In this document: positions 23,874 to 37,400 of the stretch, piece by piece
Layout: the number at the start of each line of letters is the position of its first letter
Numbering within the stretch: the first letter of the stretch is position 1
Source of the DNA: Euglena gracilis
Taxonomy: Eukaryota
Direction: 5' to 3'
Length of the DNA: 64,000 nucleotides
NCBI GenBank assembly: GCA_039621445.1
Contig: CP154954.1
Location: forward strand, 28,175,037 to 28,239,036
The notes under the pieces: model-generated
Told to the model about the DNA's origin: nothing
Seen by the model: the letters and a program-made list of their open reading frames with translations, nothing else
The model's database searches: none
Program-made: the position numbers and the translations under genes

Positions 23874-26800
23874 GTGTCCATGCGGATTGCAGCGGATGCG
23901 CTGGTGCCCATCCAGCTGCCCGCACCTTGTGGCCCTATGTGAGCCGCAGCCTCCCGTCCATGAACAAAGGCTCCGCCAACTCCGCAGTGGCGGCGTCCCC
24001 CCTGAAGCGCATCCCAACCCCGAAGTTTTCTGTGGTTGAGGTTCCCCTGGTGCAGAAAGAGGAATGGCATCCAGGCAACCAGGACACATGGCAGCATTTT
24101 TCCCCTGCTTTCAGGAATACTCTTGTTGTGTGTTTGCATGAAATATGTTTGTTTGAAGGTATTTGAAAGTGATTTGGCAAGATGTTGTAGCTTTGCCATT
24201 TGGTTTGATGAACAGTGGACCAAAGTTGAATGAAAATTTCGCTTTTCGACACAAAGCACTAAATTTTGTTTTCCTGTCAGCTCGCACCCCCCCCCCCAAT
24301 TGAAAAAAGATTACGCTGTGATTTGATTGCCTGCTGCCAACAGCCCTCCACGTATATCCGTTACCTGGAAGATGACAACAACGAGGAAGTTAATTATGAT
24401 GTGGATGCTCTCACTCAGACCTGTCACCTGAATACCTGAATGGTCCACACGGTGGGGTTTTTTTTGTTTAGGACCTCTTGGGCTTCTTTTGAAGGAAGTT
24501 CACGCCCTGTGGGGGCATGGGCAGGCCGGGGGCAGGGCACAAGGCACCCCCCCCCCCCCCCAGGGGTTACCCGCACCCCCTTTGCCCAACGACTTTTATA
24601 CCGACCCCAACCAGGGGGGGGGTAATAGAGCACCAGAAATGAAATCTTTGTATATTTGTAGTGTATATTTTCCCCGATTTTTCACAAATGGATGTACCCC
24701 CCTTGATTTTCCCCATCTGGGAAATTGTCAGGGTCCCGCCCAGAAAACCTGATAGGAATTTGTCAGCATCCCTTCTATCAGCCGACCCGTCGGTGACAGA
24801 ACCAAAAAACATTTACTTTTTTTTGCATTTTTGGAAACTGTGATTTGTATATTGGAGGTCTGTTCTCGACCGCCGCTGGCTAAACATTTACAATGAGAAC
24901 GTTCCCAAGGCAAACGCCCTCACACTCATCCATGATGCAGCCTGCTTAGGGTTTGAAAGCCGTGTTGTTTGTGTTGATCATGGTTTTTGTTTTTTGATCG
25001 GTTAATTGCAACTCTTTCAATTGCAACTCCCAATTCTAAACAAACAAAAAATTTGCAATAGAACAGAACCAGCTGGGATTTAGACCACCACAAACACAAA
25101 CGTGCAGTATTGCTGGTGTTTGAGGGGGGGTTGTCACAGCTTCCAACACTGCAATGTCATTTGAGCCCATCAAAAATCAATATGCCCCCCGAAGGTTGGT
25201 TTATTCTTTTCTCCCAGCAGATATCAGCGTGGCATGTTCTCCCCAGCCAGGCACCTACGGCCGACCAGGGCCGACCAGGGCCGACTATGATTTTTCAGGG
25301 CCCCCGTAGGTGGGGGTTTCGACCAGGGCCGACCAGGGCCGACTTGCATGTGGTTGGCCGACCGAAGGGGAATGGATGAAGGAATTCGGCAGGTTTCCCT
25401 CTGGAACAAGCACCTCTGATGATGCTGGGCGTTGCAGGGCGATGCTGGGTGATGCTGGATTTTTGGAGACCAGAGGTGGGGTTGCGATCAGGAATTTGCT
25501 TAAGGGATTGCAGTACCCCCCCGGGGGGGGGCTGGACTGCAGCTAGTCCAAATTTGGCTAGTGGGTTTTCTAGCAGACCCCCCCGGGGGGGGGTCTGCTA
25601 GCAGGGCTAGCTAGTGGAAAATTTTTTTCCAGTGACCGGCGCGAAGCGCCGAAAATTTTTTTTGGGACCCCCAAAAATGGCCAAAAATGCCCGTTTTTGG
25701 CCATTTTTGGAAATTTTTGGAACAAAATCAGCCAAAACCCTATTAAAAACCTCATCTTTCCTCCGGCGCGCAGCGCCGGAGGAAAATTTTTTTTTCCAGT
25801 CCGGGGGACCCCCGGACCGCCCCCCCCCCCCGGGGGGGGGGGAGGGGGGGTCTAGCTGGTCCACTTTTTCCAGTGTCTAGCCGATTGGCTAGCCAGTACC
25901 CCCCCCCCCCCCCCCGGGGTCCTTAAGCAAAAGCCTGGTTCCGATGCTGGGCGATGTTGGGCGATGCAGGGTGTTGCTGGGCGATGCTGGGTGATGCTGG
26001 CATTTTTCTTGTATATTTTGAAGAATTAAAACCATTTTTGGATAATTTTCTCACAAATATCCAGTTTTACACCCATTTTGGGCATTATGGATCAGTTTTT
26101 GCTAATTTGGGGGCCATTTGTCACTGGTTTGGCAAATATTGGGCTAATTTGGGTCAATCTGAGCATTTTTTATGGCATTTTGGCCATTTTGCGCCCTTTT
26201 GGTAATTTTGGGTCATTTTTCACAATCTTTTGTGGATTTTGTTGGCGTTTTTTGGGTCATTTTTGGTTATTTCAAGCCATTTTAGGTCATTTTGGTTGCT
26301 TTTGGGGAGCCAATGGAGGCCTTATGGGGCACTTCTTTTTGACCTTGGCGAGACAATTCAGAAAATCATTGCATCCCTTCGCATTTTTTCTGTGACGGAT
26401 ACCCCCACCTATGGCCGATTATTTGCCGACCAGGGCCGACCAGAGCACCAAAATGGGAAGTGACCACAGGTGCCTGTCCCCAGCCTATTCCCATCACAAT
26501 GTTGCAAGGCAATGAGGTCAGGGTCTGGGATGGGGTCTCCACCCCTCCCCCATGTTGTGTGTGTGTTTCCCTGTCACTCTTGGGCGCTGGTCCGGGAGGG
26601 GGGCTGCGCTGCGCCATGGCTGGGAAATGCTGGAGGCTGCCTTTGATCGGCTGGAAAAGCTGCGCGGCCTCTCCCAAGGCGGGTTGCCCCCTTGTCCGAC
26701 CGCTGGCAGTGAACCCGTGCTGGCCTTGTCCGCCCAGCCCTCCTCGCCAGGCCTTGTTTGTCTCTGTGCAGCTGACAAAAGTGATATCACTGGGGCATTT

Positions 26801-29800
26801 CTGTGAAGCCCTGTGGCGATTGTGTTGTGGTTGGCTTCGTGTGGCGGAGTTGACCTCAGGTGCGTGGGGTTTGACTTGGGGAAAGGACGGCGCTGTGAAT
26901 CAACGGCGCAAAACCAAAACAAAAAGAAGGATGTCATTTCCGCTTTTTTTTCTCGTTTCAGTGCCCTTCTGCGCCGTCTTCTGTGCCCTTCTTCTGCCGT
27001 CTTCTGTGCTGCATTGCACAGACCAGCCAAGGGCTGTCGCCTGCAGCAGCTCAGCGACATGTATTTCTGGTGGCGGAAGCGGCTCTACTGCCGGGTGAAG
27101 AGAGTGTACCCGTTCGGCAAGCCCTTGCTGCCGCGCTTTGAAGTGCGCCCTGGACTGGCCAATGCTGGGCAAGACTGAACATGTGAGTCCTGGAAACCCT
27201 GGGCAGTGGGTTTGGCTGACCCCTCATTGTTGTTTTCACATGGTGCCGATTTTTGGCCCACATCGTCTTTCGCCACCAAAAAAGGAGTTTGTAATTTGTA
27301 ATTTGTGCTGTTTGTGTTCTTTTTAGCCAGAAGCCCCAAAATATAATTTGATATAGAATTTTCTACTAGAACGGAATATAGATTTGTATAAGCAAATTCT
27401 GGTTCAAATTCCTATTTATTCTATGTGAAAGATTCTAAAACGAATTAATTATAGATTTGTTTTTTTCGAGACCCCCCTAGGACTTTGACAACATATCCGC
27501 ATCTTGATGTCTCTTTTGCAAAAAACGTTTGCTTGTCAGTTGTGTCTTTGCCTCGTCCAAGCAGCACGCTTGGGTGTGTTCATTGTGGTCCTGAGCACTG
27601 CCCAGTGCCGATCCTTTTGATATCCAGCAACCATTCCACCACCGCGCAAAGGAATCTTTGCAATTTGGTGCTTTTTTGGGTGTCCTCTGTGAGCTTTTGA
27701 GCAATTTGGTGTTTTCCTCCTGTCTGCTTTTTTTGGTGGTTGGTGGAGCAGGCGTTTAGGGGGAGGTGGGTGCATTGCGTTTCATTTACGTTTGTTTCTC
27801 GTGTTTTGTATTTTTTTAGTTTTTGTGGCAGTCGTGATTTTGGTTGTGTGCAGTGTTGTGGTCCCGGATATATGCCATGTTATAGATTGTGAATTACCTG
27901 TGAAAATGAGTGGTCTCCACTCATTCTCCTTGACTCGATCCCGAGTTATGAGCCCCTCGAAAGGGCTCTGCGAACCACAAGCTAAATTTTGGAAGCATAG
28001 ATTTTGGAGCGACAGGTTCTCGGGCATGACAGTTTCGCGGGGGGGGTAAGCCCGTTGCTGCCGGCGCACAGTGGCACATTTGTGGGGTCAGCCAATCGAG
28101 CCGTTGGGTGTCATTGCAAAGCTCCGGATCAATATCAAAATAGTTAATCCTCCCCTCCAAGCTGCCTCCTGCGGGTGGTGAAAACAGCCCACGACTGTAG
28201 AACCTGAGGAGTTGCGCTCCTGAAAACTTGGTGCGCAGGATTGCCCTGGAAACAGGTGTCAAAATCAAATTCGCCTTCTTAACACCCAGAAAAAATGACA
28301 GCAGATTCCTTCTTTGGACATTGAGAAGAGTCAAAATTATTTGCGCAACTGTCCCCGGTTCAAGCTGGCCAACACCTCTGCTGCTTTGGATGATCTCCAA
28401 GAAGATGATGCCTATGTTCTTTTCCTGCCGGTGATTTTAGGGATTATGTTTTATCCCCCCCCCCCCCGATTCCAACGCTCGGACCGCAAGTTTCACCTGT
28501 TCAGAACAGGCTGTATTTTAGTCGGGTGCCAACCCCACCCCGGGACTGGGTGCCTGCCTGGGCAGGCACTCCCGATCCGACCCCCCCCCCCAGGGGTAGG
28601 GTACACGGCCAAAAGTCCCCTGGCACAGACCCCGGTGCCGAAGGTGCCGGGGAGCCAAAAATGGCCTATTTTTAAAGGAATCTGTTTTGGTGCAGGCCGA
28701 AATTCGACCCCCCCCCAGGGGGGGATAGTGGGGAGCAAAGGTGGAGAACCACCCACGGGAACAACAAAAACCACACAAGGTGAGTGTATTTCCCTACCAT
28801 ACATCTCTTTTAAGGACCCCCGGAGGGGGGGTGCTGGGCTAGGGCTAGAAATTTGGGCTGGCTAGAAATTTGGGCTGGCTAGCCCGTCCCCCCCCCCCCG
28901 GGGGGGGGCTTGGGCGGAACCGGGGCGAGCTGGACTGAAATCGGAAAAGTGCCCAAAAATGACCTGCAGAACACAGTTTTGAAAAAATGATGCACTGAAA
29001 CCCCCCAAAAATGCCCCAAACGCCCCCCAAACCCCATTTTTGGCCACTTTTGAACACATTTTTTCAAAAAATTTCGGCGCTTTGCGCCGAAAAATTTTGG
29101 GCTGGACCCCCCAAAAAAGGGGCTGGCTAGCTGGGCTAGCAGCACCCCCCCCCCCCTGGGGGGTGCTGCTGCGTCTGGGCTGGGCCCCAATCGGGGCGGG
29201 CTGCAGCCCCCCCCCCCCCGGGGGGGGGGGGTTCGCAAAACCTTAGAGAGATGCATGGTCCCTACAGCGCTGGAATTTCACCAGAGTTACTCACCCGGCC
29301 AGGGGGAGCAACAAAAGAGGACTGGTGTAAGGGGTCCCTGGCCACTCACCACGCAGCAAACTGGGCCAGAAGCGAAGTTAGCGCCGGCCATAAACAGTTA
29401 GCGCCGGCCATAATCAGGCAAGAAGCCTTGTAACTAAGGGGGGGGGTAGTGCCTGCCTGGGCAGGCACTCCGGACCCCCCTCCCCCCCAGGGTTGGTAAA
29501 AAAAACAGCCTGGTTCGGAACCAGAGATTCAATTGACACCTGCGTGACCCCCGCTCCAGGGGGGGGGTTTCAAGAGGGAGGGAGGCTCCAGGGGTTTGGA
29601 CCGCAATTTTTGTTGCCGGAAATGAGGGGGGTCAATCAATTCTGGGGGATGTTCTTTCGAAATGGTGTGTTATTTTTGTGCAGGGGGTGGGCAACGGAGT
29701 CAGGCATCACCTGACAACAACGCCAGCGAGACGGTCTGGAGGGCAGGGATGACTGGGGCAGTTTTTAGGGCATCTGCCCAACGAATGCTGGGAGGTTTTT

Positions 29801-32800
29801 TGTTCAGCATGTTTTCTTATCAAACCAACCACAGTCCAACCAGCATCAACCATCATCAGGATTCTCATTTTAACTCATTCCCCCGCCCCCCATGCCCAAT
29901 GATGAGGGCGGTCGGTCCATGAGGGACAGCAAGTTTTTTCTGCTTGAAGGCTGCCGAAAGGCCATTTTAGCGCAGCAGAGAAGTGGGTCCCCCTTAGACC
30001 AGCCCGGATGCACAGCAAGCCACCCTTCAGCCCTGGAGGTGGAGGTGCTCAATGTTCTGCGGCTCATCAAGCGGCGGGAGCAGATCAAGAAAGAGTATTT
30101 CCGTGTGCAATTCCGGATCTGGGACTTGCTCAAACGGGCCAAACCGCAGCTGGACCGCGCAGTGACGACAAGGAGGTGTTTGTTTTGCGCACATGGGAAC
30201 ACTAATTCAACTGAACTGACAAGCGCAAGAAAACCAAAACCTTCATCCAGCCAGACCTATTCTATAACGTTTTTTTTACAGCAACCTTTCAATATCAAAT
30301 TCAATGGAACATTTCAATGGTCACAGGGTTTAGGACAGCATGCGGGAACACCTCCATCAACCACCTCTTGGGCCCAACCTTCGACACCCATGTCCAGCGT
30401 ATGTACGGCACCGGTGACCCCCTGCAGACCTCCTCCCATACGAATGGCCCCACATCCCGGAAAGTCTCCAAGTTTCTTCTCAACAACAGTTTGCTTGTAT
30501 ACACATGTGAGAGTGGATTGGAATGGGAAGAGATCAACCCCAGCGCATAGCCTGGCAGGCATCAAGGACGTTGCGCAGTTGCTGGAGCGGTGCCGGATGT
30601 ACGAGTACCCGCTGCACCGGCTGAAGATTCGCCTGCGGCCCTCCCCAGCCATGCAGGGTTGTTGACGATGTGGACCCCCCCCGCACTGGCACCAGGAGTT
30701 TTTTTTTTAAGTCTTGAACCCCGGGAGAGGTCCCCCAGGGGGCGGTGAGAATATTTTTCCGCCCCGAAAATTTTCGAAAATGGTGCGCTTTTTTGGCATT
30801 TTCGCGATTTTTGGCAAAAAGTGGGTGGGGGTCTTTTAAAAAAAAAACCCTGACTGGCGTCTCCCGGCCCGCATCAGCTCAGCTCTGCTTGCCGCCGCCC
30901 CGCCTCATGTGCCGTGTGACGTAACGCCGTGCTTCGGCCGCCTGGGGCAGATCATCTGGCCGGTGCGGCTGCCGCTGTGCCCCGGCCCAACGCGCGCCGA
31001 TGCTGCAGGTGGCAGTGCCAATGTGCGACAGGGACTGTGCCGAGGGCCCTGGTGTTCATTTATACTCAAGGAAATGAGGAAAATTTGTTTAGCATTTTTT
31101 TTCGCTTTTGGCAGGGGATGCGTGTTTTTGAAGGCGTACGTTTAGTCAGGAATGATTTTGGAACCACTCATGACGTCACGTTTTTTTTTGTCCAAAGAAT
31201 ATACAACAAAATTATTGCTTTTTTGGAGACTGAAACTGGCAGGATTCCCACCATTTTTTTTTACCGTGACCAGACGAGGGTTCAAAATAACTGAGAAGTT
31301 GAAAACATGATTTTGTTTCGTTTTGTGGATGTTTGGTGGATGGGTAATGTTCGCCAGGAAAGCATTTTCCTCACTGCAAACAATGCCGAGGTCGCAAAAT
31401 TAACCATTTTTATCTGGTTGGTTTGCCCTCAAATGAAGGAATGCCCTCGGGATGAGATTTTTTGTGGTTTGCCTCCACCCCACGGAAGAGCATCGGAGGC
31501 ACACCGCCTGCCCCAAGCGTCCGACGGGGACACGGGGCCACCGCTTCCAGCCGAAGGGGCTGCCCCCCAACCATACCATTGCTGAAGGGGTTTCTCCCCC
31601 TCACCCCTGGGGGGTGACGGCTGGCTTTTTTGAGAGTGATTGACCGGCCTTAGATCAGGAATGGGCATGACTGAAAGCGGTCACCTGCCCCCCAAGAATT
31701 TTGGCCAAACTCATTGATTTTGCGCAATTTGAAGAGTGGCCACAGTGACCGGGATGGGAAGTGGATGACTGGTTGTTGAAAGTGGCTGATTGCTTTTTCG
31801 AAATGCGGAAAGTCCCCCCCCCCAGGGTACGATAGCAATGGCATCCTCCGACCCCCAACGACCTCCGGCCTGGGACGCGGCCCCCTGCATGGACCTTTGC
31901 CACCCCTCGCTGTGGGCGGAACACCGTTGAAATCAGAGCCGGTGCAAGTCCCTGGGGCGGGCGCGGTGAGGGGCTTCACCCCGACGCATGGTTTGATGGA
32001 TGACCTGGACAACATGGATTGGGCTCAGGGCTCTGCTTCTCAAAAGGGTTCCCCCCCCATGTCAGCCACATGGCACAAAGTGATCTTTCAGCTGTTGTTG
32101 TGGGTTGGCCCCCAGAATCTCGCAGGATTCTGTTCCAAAGAGCCAAAGAGGTCCAGGCAGGCTGGATTTTTCAGTCAAAGCTAGCCAAAAAGTAGTAATT
32201 TATTTGGCAAGACCTGGCCAATAAATCCCGTGTCTCCTCTAAAGATCACTCCTCAACGCCATAACAAGACACCAGAAAAATGTTTTCAAAAACTTCAAAG
32301 GATTTTTTAAAGGTTCTTTAGACCCGTCGACCTTGGTCTTCCAAGGTCGACGGGTCCGAAATCAGAAGTCGAAAAATTGTTTTCTTCGATCATGGATGCC
32401 GCTCTTCCAGAAAAAAAATTCCTGGATTTGGCTTGTTTTGGCCAGATTTTGCAATTTCAGTTGTGCTCGGTCAGAAGAAATATTTTGCCAGAATGATGTT
32501 TTTTTGGCTTTTTGAAGGTATTTTTAGGACGGCAGCATTTGCAGGGAGGTTTCGAGGTCCTGAAGCCGCCTTTAGAGAATGCAAGGCACCTTAGGTGCCA
32601 AAGGAATTTCTTTACCTGAAAAATTAGTGCCCTGAAAAAAAATTGGAAGAGGTGGGCCCACAACCAAGGCAGGAATAACGCTGAATAAATTTGACCCCAC
32701 CCCAACCTGCTGTTTTTTTCCTGTATTTTGCAATTGCAAAAAGGGCTACAAAAATGGAACCTCCCTGGGTGATTGAAAAACCCTCTGCTCACCAGTGGGA

Positions 32801-32939
32801 TTTCTTGACCTTGGTGACGCAAAGCCCTGCTGCAAATTGGGTTTCGGACACTGATTCTCCACCGCGGAAACGTTCATACACCCTGAGTCAGGGTAAAGAG
32901 TGGTTCGAGCAATTGGAAGTGCCACCATTTGCTGCGTGA
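23874..32939 (+). CDS. EPL1-domain gene, second (probably allelic/overlap) copy
   Basis: Near-identical to 3208-12263; exonic differences seen include synonymous ones (GTG GCT GCA TCC vs GTG GCG GCG TCC). Confidence 0.75.
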
Positions 32940-34416
32940 TGGTTGCACTCCGGTTTGATTCTGAAGGACGATGCATGATGTTATATCGCCAGTTGGCACC
33001 GTGCTCTCCAACTCGAGTTCTGAAATGTGCCAGTCTCTGCCTGCGCCAATATTGTTCCACATGGCTGCCATACAATATGTTGCACAATACGTACTTGTTG
33101 CATATTGTTCCTCGGGGGGGGGGTCTGCAAGCAGGGCTAGCCAGTGGAAAAAAATTTTCTGTGACTGGCGCAAAGCGCCAAAAACTTTTTCAGGCCTCCA
33201 AAACTGGTTCAAGTTTTCTCCATTTGGGATTTTTTTTGGAACAAAATCAGCCAAAAAAAATTCATGAAAAACCCTCATTTCCACCTTGGCGCACAGCACC
33301 GGAGGAATTTTCCAGTCGGGTCCCCTGGACCTCACTGCTCAATGAACCCCCCTTGCCCAATGAACAGGGGGTGTACAAAATCGTGCCCCCGGAATTCCAG
33401 TAACAAGATTTTTGAGAAACAACTCATTCAAATGAAAAAAGTGTCCGGGAAGATGACTTTAAAAGTGATGGGTATTCCCCCCCCCCAAGCCCAATGAGCA
33501 CGAAGGGGTTGAAGGGGGTGTTCATTGGGTATGGGACATTCTCTGTGTCGATGGGTCTTTGGTGACAATCTAGACATTTGGTGGTGTATGCCAAATGGTC
33601 TTTTTGAGGGTTTTCCTCGGTTTTTGGTGTTGCCAAATGCATTTCTTTGGAAGCCTGTTTTGTGGTTCTCTTATCCCTTCACCATCGCCTTGGGCCCAGG
33701 CCAGATTGGAAGGGCGAAAATTAAAAATTCAAAAACGCATTGTTTGTCATGTTTTTTGGTGGTTTGGTGATTGGCCCAGGCATGCCAGAAGAAAATGGTT
33801 TTGATTCCCACCGTCATGTTTTTTTTTGCCAAAACATGGCACTTTCTTCAGCCATTTTTTCTGTGTATTTTGCATTAAATGGACCAGGCTTGTGCTCAGT
33901 CAGGTGCCTGCCCCACGGGGGGGGGGTGCTAGGGGCAGGCACCCTATAGGACCCATCCGAACCCCCTCCCCAGGGGGGGTACGGTTTTCAGGGGTGCCTG
34001 CCCATATCAGGCACCCCCCCCTCCAACCCTGGCGCCGGGGGCCCAGAAAAGGCCATTTTCAATGAAAATTTTCTGGCCCCCCAAAAAATGCACAAACAAT
34101 TTCAAAAAAAATGAGCATTTTGGATCGACCGATTTCGACCCTATTTCCAGCCCTTTGCCCGTCCATGAAATCGAAAAATTTTCGCCCCCCCCCCCTGTTT
34201 CGAGGTAGAAGGGGAGGGTCCAACCCCCCCCCCCCCTCCGTGTTGTCCATGTTGGGAGGGGGGGTCCACCCCCCCCCCCCCTCCTCAAGGCTTCCCATCC
34301 ATCCCTGGGCACCCCATAGCACCCACCCACCCACCTCCCCCCCCGGTCGGTAAGCACAAGCATGGCCGGGACAGGGATTTTTTTCCCGTCTCCCCTTCCC
34401 CCGCAGAGGATGCAGC

Positions 34417-37400
34417 ATGGCCGGCGAGGTGGTGAGCTGTTTCCTGGGGCCCCTCTCCACACTGGTGGCAGCCCACTTCTGGGACGCCACCACCCAGGCA
34501 GACATCGACAGCGATGTCTTGTACCAGGGACCGCCGGGCCGCCGCACCCCCCGCACCCTGCTGGTGGACTTCAAGGAGGCCGTAACCAGGGCTTCCTTTC
34601 ATCGTGCCCCCCCCCCCCTGGACTAAACAGAATCCTGTGGGGGGCTAGGGGCAGACACCCCATAGCACCAATCCGACCGGGGGATGGGGTTCAGGGTTTG
34701 ATATAAGGAAGGTGTACATGGTTTAGGTGGGGGGGTGTCCCCCCTCACCCCCCCCCTCCTGGCCCGCAGGGGGGGTCCAGACCCCCCCCCCCACCTGCCA
34801 GGGGGTCCGGACCGACCCTCGGGGGGGGGGTTCCCGGGACCCCCCCCAAAAGGGTCAATTTTTTCCTCTGGCGCTTTGCGCCGAAAATTTTTTGCATTTT
34901 TGGCAAATTTTTGCCCAAAAAGTGCCCAGAATGGCACTTTTGGTCGTTTTGGGTGGGCAAAAATTTTCGGTCACCCGGACCGCGCCACTGTTTAGGTGGG
35001 GGGGTGGCCCCCCCACCCCCCCTCCTGGCCCGCCCACCTGTCCTTATATCAAACCCTGATGGGGTTTTTGGAGGTGCCTGCCCATCCCTCCGAACCGGCG
35101 CTGGGGGCCCGGAAAAGGCTATTTTCAATGAAAATTTTCTGGGTCCCCCCCCGGGGGGGTGCCTGCTAGGGGTAGGCACCCTCCCCCCCCGGTCAGTAAG
35201 CATAGGTGGGCTCCGTACTGCGCCGGCTGTTGGTGTCAATCTGCTCCCTCTGTCATGGCCAGGATTGCTCTGAGAAAGGATGCCCATTGCCATCTGTGGA
35301 GTATGAATGGCGGCTGGGCGAGCAACTGGAAGGACTGGATTTGAACTCCATGGCGCCCAAGTGGATACCTCCTGTCCCGATGGCACTGGATGAAGAAGGA
35401 GAGGGACCAGATGAGCCTGTTCGCTACCGAGAGTACAGCGATGACCCTGGGGTGTGCCCCCCCGAATGACCAGACTGGCAGACTGATAGATTTCCCCATC
35501 AGACAATTGCTTAAGCACTGTCCCGCCCCCCCCCCCCGGGGGGGGTGGGTGACTGGTTTTTTCAGAGTGACTGACTGGTTTTGGGCCTGGACCCCCTCCC
35601 TCCCCCCCCCCCGGGGGGGGGGTCGGCCAGGAGTGGGCAAAAAGTGGCTTGAGTGACCCGGCGCCGAAGGTGCCGGAAAAATTTTTTTGGCCTAAAATGG
35701 CCTAAAGTGACTGGAAAGTGGCCGTTTTTCTGAGTGGCCGCCCCCCCCCTCGGGGGGGGGGGGGGTAGTGACTGGCTGGTTTTTTGAAAATGAGTGACTG
35801 ACTGGTTTTTAAAAAAGTGGAGTGACCCCCCCCCCCCCGGGGGGGGTCGGTAAGCAATTGTATGTTCCCCATCCACTGAGCTTTTCCCTTGAGCTCCTCC
35901 CCTTGAGGACTGCCCTTAGGCCTGAGGGCCAACCATTGGGTTTTCGAAGTTGAACAGGGTCGAAAATTAAAGGTTGAAAATCGCATTTTTTTGACGTTTT
36001 GGTTGATGGATGATGACCCAAGGATGCCATTTTCTTCACCACGCCTTCCCGTACAGCCTCCCCCCCCCCCCCCAGTATTTACTCAGACCTTTTTTTTTAA
36101 CCAAAGCAATTCTTTTTTGTTCCTCACAGCAAGAGAGTCAGAAGAAGAGACGGGTGGATTCTGGCGAGCAGGAGGCCAATGTCGCCCAGGGGTTGAATGG
36201 CAATTATTCACACTGGATGTTCGCTCCCCTGTGCTTGTTTGCAGTTTTAACCTTGACACAGGGATTCTCTGAGTTGGGTTTGAAGCGGCAAAGCAATCCT
36301 GCACCAATCCAAAAGGCGGATATGGAGGTTTGCGTCACAGCCAACCTCTGGGTTTGATTTGTTTTTTCCTCTTCTTCCATCTGTGACAAATTTGTACAGG
36401 TTTGCCCAGCTTGAGATCAACCCCTGTTTTGCGATGCGGAGCAAGCAGACGGTTTGGAGGAGTTGCAACCGAAACGAGCTTCCAAGGCAGCGCCACTGGG
36501 CTGGCAACTAGTGCCTGGCATCATTCTGTATCTGGTGCTTTGCAAACTTGTGGGGTATCTTTGATTTTGCCGGTGGTTGACCACTGTTTTAACCATAGAT
36601 CCATTTAACACCGGTGTGACCCCCCCCCCCCGGGGGGTTTCGAGAGTGGGTGGGTGGGTTGGGGCCACACCATGGCTCAAGGTGTGTCCGATCCCGTGTA
36701 GCCACCCGGCGCCAAAGGCACTAGAAATTTTTCGGATTTTGAATAATTCTTTTAATTTTTGCCATTTTTGGCGCGCCCACCCCCCCCCCCCCCCCAGGCA
36801 CGAGGCGGAAGTTGAGGGGCACCTCAGTGGAGACACCCTCTTGACCCAACCCCCCCGGGGCAGCCCACCCTGGGTCACCAATTATTTTAAAAAACATAAA
36901 ATTTTGGAAAACAACATTGTAACACAAATAATTAATAACACAATCACAGACCAATCCTCGCATAACCCTCTGGGACATTTTGATGAGTATATTTAAATCA
37001 AAATGGGCACCATGAGGGAGTTTGAAGAATCGTATGGTCTTGAAACTGCATCAAAAACCCACATTTGGAACCCTTTATGGCATTTGCTTTTTGCCAGATT
37101 TTTTCAGCACGCAGGGAGAGCAAGGGGAGCCTGGGATCGACAGCTTCCGCACCGGGTGCTTTCTTTAAAGACTCCTCCAGAGGACGGTTGGTTATTTGGC
37201 CGGGCACTCAGAGCAGTATATTGTGCCGGAGCTTCACCCTGACAGCCTGCAGCTGGTTTCCGAAGGAGCAGCCCGCCACTCCACAGGTTCACCCCCCCTG
37301 GAAACTGTCCTATTTGTCCCTTTTGCACCTGCTGGGGGGGACCAGGCCGTCGCAAAACATTTTTTTCCAGGAGAGGGAAGGAGACAGAGCAGCTTTTTTG